Source: an uncultured Gammaproteobacteria bacterium
GTDB taxonomy: Bacteria > Patescibacteriota > Patescibacteriia > 2-12-FULL-60-25
DNA length: 30,662 nucleotides
Direction of reading: 5' to 3'
Assembly: GCA_964358345.1 (NCBI GenBank)
Contig: CAYHOM010000002.1
Coordinates: 1 to 30,662, forward strand
Position 1 is the stretch's first letter, and each line of letters starts with the position of its first letter. This document shows, piece by piece, positions 19,801 through 27,459 of this stretch. The notes beneath the pieces were generated by a model, which did no database searches, was not told where the DNA came from, and saw only the letters and a program-made list of their open reading frames with translations. Both the position numbers and the translations under genes were made by a program.

Positions 19801-19832
19801 GGAAATGAAAATCCGACCGTCATGCGGTCGGA
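19801..19832 (-). terminator. Intrinsic terminator of the 55-aa small gene
   Basis: 8-bp stem 19812-19819/19825-19832 with a 5-nt loop, followed on the minus strand by TTTTCATTTCC; 10 nt after TAG 19843. Confidence 0.7.
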
Positions 19833-19842
19833 GTGGAGAGAG

Positions 19843-20010
19843 CTAGTTGCCGGCACCAGCGAGGACCGCGTTGATCTGCGCGAGGCATGCCTCACGCCGC
19901 ATCTCCGGATGGCGCTTGCACACCACCATCGGGTCGTACATGAAGGCCGCATATACGTATGCAGCAATCCCCAATACGCAGCAGATGGAACAGAATACAA
20001 ACCGGAGCAT
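19843..20010 (-). CDS. Small membrane peptide (55 aa), below the ORF-track cutoff
   Basis: GGGAGGTCACG-ATG; MLRFVFCSICCVLGIAAYVYAAFMYDPMVVCKRHPEMRREACLAQINAVLAGAGN*. It has a strong SD, an N-terminal hydrophobic helix and its own terminator. Confidence 0.6.
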   Translation of the reverse strand: MLRFVFCSICCVLGIAAYVYAAFMYDPMVVCKRHPEMRREACLAQINAVLAGAGN

Positions 20011-20243
20011 CGTGACCTCCCGTCCAAAAGGACGTACGTCGGCCGCTTATCTGCGGCCAGACGGGTATCCATAAGAACATGTAGAAAGGAAAAGATCAAG
20101 TTCGTGTATCCGAGTGTTATTGACCTTCGCATACATGAGCTTACTCCTGCCATTCTCGTGAATACGAGAATCCATCCGTCGTTCCGATGGTAGATAAGGT
20201 TTTTGATTGTGATATCCGCGCATTCGCGCCATACTTTCTAGGC

Positions 20244-20629
20244 ATGAATAAGCTATTTCAACATGTATTTGCCAAAATCCTGATTATTCCAGCGATTTTT
20301 TGCTTTGCTTTGTTGTCATCCTTTATTCGCACAAGCCGCAGAACCAATAGACGGACAAGCCCAGATTCAAGAAGAGACACCCGTCGCTCCGACTGGGTTA
20401 AGATCGAGTCGTGCCTGTCCTTATGACCACTTCTTCGACTGCTTTGGCCCTTGCCCCATTGTTTTGGGCGGCGTATGCGCCGGGTAAAGAGATGCTTCAC
20501 CCGTTGACGGTTGTGATTTTTGGAGGATTAGCTGTTTCGAACGTGATCTCCCTCTTCCTAATGCCTGCTGTGTTCTATCAGTTTTGGAAAAAGAAGACGG
20601 AGAGAGTGTCTGATTATGGAGCCTCTTAA
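20244..20629 (+). pseudogene. Remnant: signal-peptide-like N-terminus joined to the last two TM helices of a CusA/CzcA-type RND heavy-metal efflux pump
   Basis: 20402-20629 reads DRVVPVLMTTSSTALALAPLFWAAYAPGKEMLHPLTVVIFGGLAVSNVISLFLMPAVFYQF, matching the RND C-terminal R.L.P(I/V)LMT...G.E...PL..V..GGL pattern, with an in-frame TAA at 20399-20401. Upstream MNKLFQHVFAKILIIPAIFCFALLS/PLFAQAAEP needs a one-base shift. Confidence 0.7.
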
Positions 20630-20647
20630 TATAATGAATGTATAATT

Positions 20648-21382
20648 ATGCATCTCCAAAAAGTCATCGAGCGTTTAGGCTATAAGCCGAATGAAGTAAA
20701 GGTCTATCTCACCGCCTTACGCTTGGGCGAGTGTACATATTCTGACATTGCGGTTCAACTCCGGCTTCCTCGCACGAGTGTTCAGCTCATGGTCGATAAG
20801 TTGCACAAAGACGGGCTTATGAACTTTTATGTAAAGAGACGTTATCGTTACTGGATTGCAGAAAATCCGGAGAAATTCGTTATCGAATTACGTGAACGTG
20901 AAGCGGCACTACGGACGGTCATGCCAGAACTATCCGCGATGCGAAATCATGGCGGTGGCAAACCGACCGTCAAAACGTTTATCGGTGTCGATGAGATACG
21001 CTTGGTGCATGAAGATATTTTGGCGACGCAGCAACCGTTCGTAGGAATCGTCCCTTGGGACGAATGGGCGTCTTTCTTAGGGCAAGAGTACGTGAACAAT
21101 TTCATCGAGCGTCGGATCAAACGGTTCCTGAAAGTCCGACTCTTATTTCCCAAAACAAACGCCTCTGTACGATTGAAAGATCGAGACACGAAAGAACTGC
21201 GACAATCTCGTTTCCTTCCTGATCGTTTTACGATTGCAGATGCCATATTTCTTTATGGAAATAAAGTGGCGATTATCTGTCTAAACAAAAAACAACCGAC
21301 AGCCGTACTGATCGATGATCCAAGCATAAGGAGTACGATGACAGCCTTCTTTGAAGAGTTGTGGATTCAGAATAGAGAGTAA
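20648..21382 (+). CDS. TrmB-family transcriptional regulator (N-terminal wHTH plus PLD-like sensor domain), 244 aa
   Basis: LGYKPNEVKVYLTALRLG...IAVQLRLPRTSV...L..DGL HTH, AENPEK linker, VKTFIGVDEI, C-terminal FLYGNKVAII...AVLID...M.AFFEELW. Confidence 0.85.
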   Translation: MHLQKVIERLGYKPNEVKVYLTALRLGECTYSDIAVQLRLPRTSVQLMVDKLHKDGLMNFYVKRRYRYWIAENPEKFVIELREREAALRTVMPELSAMRNHGGGKPTVKTFIGVDEIRLVHEDILATQQPFVGIVPWDEWASFLGQEYVNNFIERRIKRFLKVRLLFPKTNASVRLKDRDTKELRQSRFLPDRFTIADAIFLYGNKVAIICLNKKQPTAVLIDDPSIRSTMTAFFEELWIQNRE

Positions 21383-21630
21383 ATATCCGATGAAGATTCA
21401 TTTTGACGACAACATTCCTGTTGCTGTTCTTTCCCTTTCTTATTTATTACAAGTGCTCATCGAGAGAGTGTATTTACCCTTTTAAATAGGACATATTTTG
21501 ATAAATCCCGTCACGAACGCTTTTGATTTTCTAGAGCTGTTTGACGAGCTTGGGCAAAATCCTTCCCCGTATTTTTTGAGGGGGTATAAAGAGTGTGTAG
21601 GGTACTTTTACCTATTTCACTTTAACCCAT

Positions 21631-22044
21631 ATGTCCCTCACCAAATACGGACCTTTCGTTAACCTCGACCGCTTCTTGGATGATGCATTTCTTACCCCAT
21701 CTCGTCGATATGGATGGGATATGGCTGTTGATGTGTTCGAGGCAAAAGATCAAGTAACGGTTAAAATGAGTTTACCGGGCATCAATCCGGATGAACTCAA
21801 CCTTTCGATTGAGGAAGACTTACTTTCCATTTCCGGTGAACGGCAAGAAGAGCACGAAGTGAATGACAAAGAGTATTACAGTAAAGAAATTAGACGAGGA
21901 TCATTTTCACGCGTTGTTGAGCTACCAACAGCGGTAGATGCGGCAAAAGCAGAGGCGAGTTATTCAGATGGTCTACTTTGTATCGCTTTGCCGAAGCTAC
22001 CTACCCAAGCAAGAAAGGGTGTAAAAATCTCTGTGAACAAATAA
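21631..22044 (+). CDS. Small heat-shock protein, Hsp20/alpha-crystallin family, 137 aa
   Basis: AVDVFE...VKMSLPGI..DEL.L.IEEDLLSISGER, EIRRGSFSRVVELP, EASYSDGLLCIALPK, C-terminal VKISV. Confidence 0.95.
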   Translation: MSLTKYGPFVNLDRFLDDAFLTPSRRYGWDMAVDVFEAKDQVTVKMSLPGINPDELNLSIEEDLLSISGERQEEHEVNDKEYYSKEIRRGSFSRVVELPTAVDAAKAEASYSDGLLCIALPKLPTQARKGVKISVNK

Positions 22045-22062
22045 CTTTTTGATGAATAATCT

Positions 22063-23223
22063 ATGATGAACAATAAACTCATCGTCATCGTCACAATGGT
22101 TGTCGCCGTTGTTGGGATTGGTATTTTCGTCTATGACGGATCCAGGAAATATGATGACATGCTCTCTCGTATGCAAGAGAAGGTGTATGTTGCTCTTGAG
22201 GGTTCTGGCGAAATAGCGGTGATAAACGCGATGACGAAGAACGTTGTGAGAAAGATTGATTTGTCTGAAATGAAAAATGGAAAGAGTGTCAATTACATGC
22301 CTCACAATGTTCAAGTCGCTCCAAATAACAAAAGTGTATGGGTTACAGCGGCTGCCACAGAAAAAAAGAGAAAGATGTCTTTTCAGATCATCCTGGCGGC
22401 TCATGCGGATGAGGGAGCTGTTCGTGAAACGGTGGATGCGGATGATCAAATCATCGTGATAGATCCATCCTCAGATAAGATCACAAAAAGAATTAATATC
22501 GGTCGAGGCCTTCGTCTTTCACATGTTGCGTTGACACCAGATGGTTTATTCGCGATTACGGCTTCACAAGAGAAGGGTGTTATCTATAAGATCAATGCAA
22601 TCAGTTTTGAAATGGAAAAGACCATTGATGCGCAAAAGGGAGCGGGGCCTCACGGCCTTCGTATTTCCCCCGACGGGAAAACAGCCTACATCGCGATGCT
22701 CGGGGGCAAAAGTATGGGCATCCTTGATATAGACAAGATGAATCTGGAATATATTCCCTTAAAAGGATCGGCGGTACAGACGGGGGTGACGCCTGATGGA
22801 AAATACGCGCTCGCTTCCATCTATGAAACAAAGAGTCTGGCGGTGTATGACATTGCTTCCGGAACGCTCCGATATGTTGATTTACCAAAAGAAGCGAAAG
22901 GTCCGGTTCAGATCTATCCGACATCTGACTCGCGCTTCGTCTTTGTTGCTGATCAGGGATATTACTTCAACCAGCCTACTAGTGATCTTGTTTACATGAT
23001 TGATTTAAAGGAGATGAGCGTCGTGCAAACGATCTCTGCAGGATCGGCACCTCACGGAGTCATCGTTTCTAAAGATGGAGCCCTTGTCTACGTGACAAAT
23101 CTTCTGAGCGACGACGTCTCGGTGATTGATATTAAAATGGGACGAGAAGTGAAGCGAATTAAGGTCGGAGATATGCCAAATGGAATCAGTATTTGGTCAG
23201 GGCCTACTGCGGGAGCTCCTTAA
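22063..23223 (+). CDS. Membrane-anchored YVTN/YncE-type beta-propeller protein, 386 aa
   Basis: N-terminal TM anchor; blade repeats PHNVQVAPNNKSVWVT, SHVALTPDG, GPHGLRISPDGKTAY, GVTPDGKYAL, APHGVIVSKDGALVYVTN. Confidence 0.85.
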   Translation: MMNNKLIVIVTMVVAVVGIGIFVYDGSRKYDDMLSRMQEKVYVALEGSGEIAVINAMTKNVVRKIDLSEMKNGKSVNYMPHNVQVAPNNKSVWVTAAATEKKRKMSFQIILAAHADEGAVRETVDADDQIIVIDPSSDKITKRINIGRGLRLSHVALTPDGLFAITASQEKGVIYKINAISFEMEKTIDAQKGAGPHGLRISPDGKTAYIAMLGGKSMGILDIDKMNLEYIPLKGSAVQTGVTPDGKYALASIYETKSLAVYDIASGTLRYVDLPKEAKGPVQIYPTSDSRFVFVADQGYYFNQPTSDLVYMIDLKEMSVVQTISAGSAPHGVIVSKDGALVYVTNLLSDDVSVIDIKMGREVKRIKVGDMPNGISIWSGPTAGAP

Positions 23224-23241
23224 CTCATTCTCACTAACCAT

Positions 23242-23463
23242 ATGACGAACGCCTTCAAAATCCTCTCCTTTGTTCTCCTTGCCGTGGGCATCGTCATTTT
23301 CTTCGTTGATCGTTCCAAATTGTTAGGCTTTCTTCCATTCCTCTTCATCCTCGCCTGTCCATTCATGCACCTCTTTATGCATAGCGGGTACAATCATGGT
23401 TCTGGAGGGGGCGATGGAAATGATGCAGGGGTGAAAAAGAAGAAGCACGGTGGGTGCCATTGA
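23242..23463 (+). CDS. DUF2933-like small membrane protein (copy 1), 73 aa
   Basis: LPFLFILACPFMHLFMH motif after two TM segments; C-terminal KHGGCH. Confidence 0.75.
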   Translation: MTNAFKILSFVLLAVGIVIFFVDRSKLLGFLPFLFILACPFMHLFMHSGYNHGSGGGDGNDAGVKKKKHGGCH

Positions 23464-23494
23464 AAGTATGATTACTTATTCTCTTGAGCACACT

Positions 23495-24202
23495 ATGAAA
23501 AATATCTTCCTCATCCTATTCATCTTTTTCAGCTTCTTGATTGGTGTTTCCGCCACAAGTGCTCAGATGATGGGCAACGTAAATAACGTTCGAGTCAACT
23601 GGAACGAGGTGCAAGAACATACCCTGCGTGAAGAGCAAGAAGGCAAGGAGCTTTGGAACAAACTGCAGGCCAAAGAAGCGACGTGTACAGATCTCAAAGA
23701 TGAACAATTCGGTGTCCTGGGTGAGTACTATATGGGGCAGATGATGGGAGCGTCTCATGCCTCCATGAATGCCATGATGATGCAAATGCATGGAGAAGAT
23801 GGGGAAGAGCAGATCCATATTGCCATGGGAAAACGCTTGTCTGGCTGTGATCCAAATGCCGCACTTCCTACACAAGGCTTTGGATGGATGCCAATGCTAC
23901 AGATGATGGGAGGCCTAGGATCATCTTCTCAATCGTTTAATCAGCCTAACGCGACATATATGCCAATGATGTGGGGCTTCGGCCCAGGTGGGTATGGGTT
24001 TGGTGGAATGGGGTCAGTCTTCATGATCTTTTGGTGGATCTTGATCATTGCGGTCATCGTCTTGATTGCCAGATGGTTTATGGGTCAATCTCATGGGATG
24101 GGACATCGCAATAGCTCTGCCCTCGATCTTCTGAAGGAGCGCTACGCCAAAGGTGAAATTGACAAGAAAGAGTTTGAGGAGAAGAAGAAAGACCTTACTT
24201 AA
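23495..24202 (+). CDS. Secreted Met/His-rich domain plus TM plus SHOCT protein, 235 aa
   Basis: Signal peptide MKNIFLILF...ATSA-QMM; EYYMGQMMGASHASMNAMMMQMHGEDGEEQIHIAMGKRLSGC; TM; C-terminal ALDLLKERYAKGEIDKKEFEEKKKDL (SHOCT). Confidence 0.8.
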   Translation: MKNIFLILFIFFSFLIGVSATSAQMMGNVNNVRVNWNEVQEHTLREEQEGKELWNKLQAKEATCTDLKDEQFGVLGEYYMGQMMGASHASMNAMMMQMHGEDGEEQIHIAMGKRLSGCDPNAALPTQGFGWMPMLQMMGGLGSSSQSFNQPNATYMPMMWGFGPGGYGFGGMGSVFMIFWWILIIAVIVLIARWFMGQSHGMGHRNSSALDLLKERYAKGEIDKKEFEEKKKDLT

Positions 24203-24205
24203 CCT

Positions 24206-24532
24206 ATGAAACTCGGCATCATTTTGCAGTCCAACAACCCGGAGCATGTCTGGAACACCTTTCGTTTGGGCATCGCTTCTCTCAAGGCGAGCCACGCGGT
24301 ACAAGTAGTTCTTTTCAACGAAGGGGTTGAAATCGAAGATATCCAAGACACGCCCCAATTCGATCTCTCCAAGAAACTTCAAGAGTTTACAACCCTGAAG
24401 GGAATGATTTTCGCTTGCACCACCTGTCTCAAAGTCCGTTCAAAATCGGAAAGCAAGGTCTGCCCGACTGGCACCATGGACGATTTGGTAAAGATGGTTG
24501 AGGTATCGGATAAGGTGTTGGTATTTGGATGA
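24206..24532 (+). CDS. DsrE/DsrF-like family protein, 108 aa
   Basis: VVLFNEGVE, IFACTTCLKVR (CxxC), CPTGTMDDLVKMVEVSDKVLVF. Confidence 0.85.
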   Translation: MKLGIILQSNNPEHVWNTFRLGIASLKASHAVQVVLFNEGVEIEDIQDTPQFDLSKKLQEFTTLKGMIFACTTCLKVRSKSESKVCPTGTMDDLVKMVEVSDKVLVFG

Positions 24533-24569
24533 GATGATCTTTAAATTTGTCTACTTAATACTCACATAT

Positions 24570-24833
24570 ATGAACAATACATCCTGCTGTAACCATGCAA
24601 GTAACGATGAAGAAAAACCATCTTGTTGCGCTCATGCAGAAAACTCGTCTTGTTGCAGTAACAAGAGCTTGATGGCAAGTGGAGCCATTGATCCAGTTTG
24701 CGGCATGGAGCTTGATCCATCCGAAACAAAACTCACGGCTGAGTACAAAGGCAAAACGTACTATTTCTGCAATATCGCCTGTAAAGACAGCTTCGTCAGT
24801 GACCCTCAGAAATATCTTGATAAAACCAACTAG
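24570..24833 (+). CDS. YHS/TRASH metal-binding domain protein with Cys-pair-rich N-terminus, 87 aa
   Basis: IDPVCGMELD...EYKGKTYYFCNIACKDSF..DPQKY; N-terminal SCCNH, SCCAH and SCCSN repeats. Confidence 0.85.
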   Translation: MNNTSCCNHASNDEEKPSCCAHAENSSCCSNKSLMASGAIDPVCGMELDPSETKLTAEYKGKTYYFCNIACKDSFVSDPQKYLDKTN

Positions 24834-24857
24834 TAATTCTCATTTGGTGAAAACGAT

Positions 24858-25127
24858 ATGGACAAACTTTCATTCTCATCCTACGTCAAGAAGTGTGTAC
24901 TTGGAACAGAAATCGCCTATGTAGTCTGTCTCATTGGGGGCTATCTCCCATTCCGATCGACGAGGGGCACAGAATTGCATCATGCGCTTTTTGAGACGTT
25001 ACCGGGATTTACCTGGGGCAGTTTTAGCAGCGTCATCTGGGGAGCGATTCTGTTAGCTCTCGTAGCCATTATCGTGGGTTCTTACATGGTATGGATGTAT
25101 AATTCCAGCCTTGAAGGAACGCATTAA
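24858..25127 (+). CDS. Small membrane protein, DUF5676-like, 89 aa
   Basis: AYVVCL...LHHALFETLPGFTW...G...MYN pattern; two to three hydrophobic segments. The family label is from recall and is uncertain. Confidence 0.5.
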   Translation: MDKLSFSSYVKKCVLGTEIAYVVCLIGGYLPFRSTRGTELHHALFETLPGFTWGSFSSVIWGAILLALVAIIVGSYMVWMYNSSLEGTH

Positions 25128-25136
25128 TTTTTCTCT

Positions 25137-25352
25137 ATGAAAAATTCCACCATTCGTTGGGTGCTCGGCATCCTGGTTGCTGTGGCTGGTGTGTATCTCG
25201 TTACAGATCATGGTCAGCATCTTGCTCCCTATCTTCCGTTTACGTTTCTCTTGGGCTGCCTCGTTATACACCTTCTCATGCAGGGAGGTCATGGGGGTCA
25301 TCATGATGATGTTTCGCGCGATGAGGGTAATCATGGCAAACCTAAAACATAG
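25137..25352 (+). CDS. DUF2933-like small membrane protein (copy 2), 71 aa
   Basis: HGQHLAPYLPFTFLLGCLVIHLLMQGGHGGHH, a variant of the DUF2933 C-P-L-M-H-x-F-M-HGGHG motif. Confidence 0.7.
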   Translation: MKNSTIRWVLGILVAVAGVYLVTDHGQHLAPYLPFTFLLGCLVIHLLMQGGHGGHHDDVSRDEGNHGKPKT

Positions 25353-25355
25353 GAT

Positions 25356-26003
25356 ATGTCCTCCTCCGCCTACGGCCTGTGGCCTCTTGTTATCATCAAC
25401 TCTTTGGTTTTTCTGATCTTTGCCTTTAGCTTTGTAAAACCTAAGACTTCTCGTGATTGGCGATCATTCGGGGCATTCTCAGCCTTCATTGTTGCTTTGT
25501 TCACCGAAATGTATGGGTTCCCTCTTACGATTTACCTTTTTTCAGGCTGGCTTTCAACGAAATTTCCTGAGATTGATTTCTTGTCACATAATTCAGGGCA
25601 TTTGTTTGAAGATTTCTTCGGTTGGGGCGGCGATCCTCACTTTGGCCCGTTCCATATTGCAAGTTACATTCTGATCATCCTTGGGTTCTCACTGCTCGCG
25701 AATGCTTGGAAAATTCTTCATGCGGCGCAGCAGAAGCATGCTCTGGCGACGACCGGCATTTACGCACGCATTCGTCATCCTCAGTATGTCGGCTTTATCA
25801 TCGTCATGCTCGGATTTCTTTTGCAGTGGCCAACGCTTCTTACGCTCATCATGTTCCCGATACTCGTGTTCATGTACGTGCGGCTTGCTCGAAGCGAAGA
25901 ACGAGAGGCGCGAAAGGAGTTTGGCAAGCAATGGGAAGCGTACGCAGCCAAGGTCCCAGCCTTCATTCCCCATTGGAAGCCCCCGGTTACAGCCATCGAT
26001 TAA
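25356..26003 (+). CDS. Isoprenylcysteine carboxyl methyltransferase (ICMT/PEMT)-like membrane methyltransferase, 215 aa
   Basis: LATTGIYARIRHPQYVGF...EEREARKEFG..WEAY...VPAFIP C-terminal SAM-binding signature; N-terminal YGLWPLV..NS...RDWRSFGAFSAFIVALFTEMYGFPLTIY. Confidence 0.85.
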   Translation: MSSSAYGLWPLVIINSLVFLIFAFSFVKPKTSRDWRSFGAFSAFIVALFTEMYGFPLTIYLFSGWLSTKFPEIDFLSHNSGHLFEDFFGWGGDPHFGPFHIASYILIILGFSLLANAWKILHAAQQKHALATTGIYARIRHPQYVGFIIVMLGFLLQWPTLLTLIMFPILVFMYVRLARSEEREARKEFGKQWEAYAAKVPAFIPHWKPPVTAID

Positions 26004-26025
26004 CGATCTGTAACGTATAATATTT

Positions 26026-26463
26026 ATGTCAGCAATCATGACAAAAACTATCGGTTACGGTACAGGAGCGGCTTTCCTATTGCTGGCGTTCTATTTCGTT
26101 ATTCTAACGCTTGTATCCGGTTGGGGGTTTGCTCAGAGTCAGTTTAGCGACTATTGGTACTTTATCGTGAGTCTAGCCATAGGTTTTGGCATCCAAATAT
26201 TCTTGTACCAATACATCAAACGGATGGTTCATAGTGGGCAAGGAATGGGAAAGGTGGTTGGCGTGTCTGGCACAACATCTACGGCTGCGATGATCTCTTG
26301 TTGTGCGCACTACCTGGTGAACTTATTACCGATTCTTGGGGTAACGGGCCTGACGACTCTTGTCGCACAATATCAGGTAAGGCTATTTTGGGTGGGGATT
26401 GTATTTAACGCTGCGGGCATCGTCTATATGGCAAACAGAGCTCTTAAACTCCCTCGCTTATGA
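26026..26463 (+). CDS. Hypothetical 4-TM membrane protein with SCCAH motif, 145 aa
   Basis: Four hydrophobic segments; STAAMISCCAHYLVNLLPILG; ATGA overlap with the next gene. Confidence 0.7.
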   Translation: MSAIMTKTIGYGTGAAFLLLAFYFVILTLVSGWGFAQSQFSDYWYFIVSLAIGFGIQIFLYQYIKRMVHSGQGMGKVVGVSGTTSTAAMISCCAHYLVNLLPILGVTGLTTLVAQYQVRLFWVGIVFNAAGIVYMANRALKLPRL

Positions 26464-26897
26464 AATACACTCGATTTATCCTCATAGGTCTAATCGTCGT
26501 TGTTTCTGTGCTCTTTGTCATGACTCGGAATAAGCAAGATCCCAGTCCACAACAGCAGGTCAATGAAAGCCGCTTTGAGACACAATCTGATGAACAGGGG
26601 CAGGTCTCTATCAAAGTGACTCCGCAGGTATCAAACGGTGCGCAGTGGAAATTTAATATCGTATTCGATACCCATTCAGTCGACCTCAATCACGATCTTC
26701 TCCAAATAGCCGTGTTAGCTGATGACCAAGGGAATATCTATAAACCAACTTTATGGGAGGGTCCAGGGCCCGGCGGTCATCATCGTGAAGGAGTTTTGAT
26801 ATTTGAGTCGATCAGCTCAACCACGTCTTTTGTGGAATTACGCATAAAAAACGTTGCTGGAGTACCCGAACGCTTATTCAAGTGGCGTATCAAATAA
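26460..26897 (+). CDS. Membrane-anchored hypothetical protein with THSVDL and GGHH motifs, 145 aa
   Basis: N-terminal anchor; beta-rich FNIVFDTHSVDL...WEGPGPGGHHREGVLIF. Confidence 0.7.
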   Translation: MKYTRFILIGLIVVVSVLFVMTRNKQDPSPQQQVNESRFETQSDEQGQVSIKVTPQVSNGAQWKFNIVFDTHSVDLNHDLLQIAVLADDQGNIYKPTLWEGPGPGGHHREGVLIFESISSTTSFVELRIKNVAGVPERLFKWRIK

Positions 26898-26902
26898 CGC
26901 AT

Positions 26903-27403
26903 ATGAAACCATCTTTACTTATACGCCATCCTTATTTCGTGGCTTTTTCCATACAAATCATCCTCGTATACGAATGGATCTCTGTGGGCTTAGGCAAGAT
27001 TTATGGAGGGCAGTTCGTATCGAATATAGGAAAAACGTTTAGCCGTTTTGAGAATGGCAATCCCCATGAGTGGTATGTCGGCTCCGTATTACATCTCGCA
27101 AAAAGCTTCCCTGAACTTTTCGGACGGCTTGTTCAATGGGGCGAGCTGCTGGTAGGGATCGGGCTCGTTGTCGCCCTGCTTACGTACGGACTCAGTACGC
27201 AGCCGCAATGGAAGAATCCGGCACGGTACGCAGCCATCCTTTCCCTTCTCGGAGGAGTGTTCATGAATGCAAATTTCTACTACGCTGCCGGATGGACAAG
27301 TCCGAGCACGGAGGGGTTAAACATGGCTATGTTTTGGATGCAAGTTGTGCTTATCCTGTTTTGGGTCAAACCTTGGGAGGAGAGACGTCCGTATCCAAGA
27401 TAA
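26903..27403 (+). CDS. DoxX/TQO small subunit DoxD-like membrane protein, 166 aa
   Basis: YEWISVGLGKI, NPHEWY, LVQWGELLVGIGL, NANFYYAAG pattern over four TM segments. Confidence 0.65.
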   Translation: MKPSLLIRHPYFVAFSIQIILVYEWISVGLGKIYGGQFVSNIGKTFSRFENGNPHEWYVGSVLHLAKSFPELFGRLVQWGELLVGIGLVVALLTYGLSTQPQWKNPARYAAILSLLGGVFMNANFYYAAGWTSPSTEGLNMAMFWMQVVLILFWVKPWEERRPYPR

Positions 27404-27459
27404 AAAGCTTGGTTACTTCACGGTAACCAGATTTCCTATTACACATGAATGATCTAGAT

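Noticed and set aside
19756-20193. 145-aa plus-strand ORF
   Set aside because: No recognisable motif. It lies antisense to the 55-aa gene, which has an SD, a TM helix and a terminator, so it is probably a shadow, though an antisense transcript is not excluded.
21451-21474. CIRCE-like (HrcA) element upstream of hsp20
   Set aside because: AAGTGCTC-N7-GAGTGTATT has a 7-nt rather than 9-nt spacer and several mismatches to TTAGCACTC-N9-GAGTGCTAA.
21580-21588. GGGGGTATA resembling half of a CsoR operator
   Set aside because: The matching TACCCC half-site is absent and no csoR gene is in the window.
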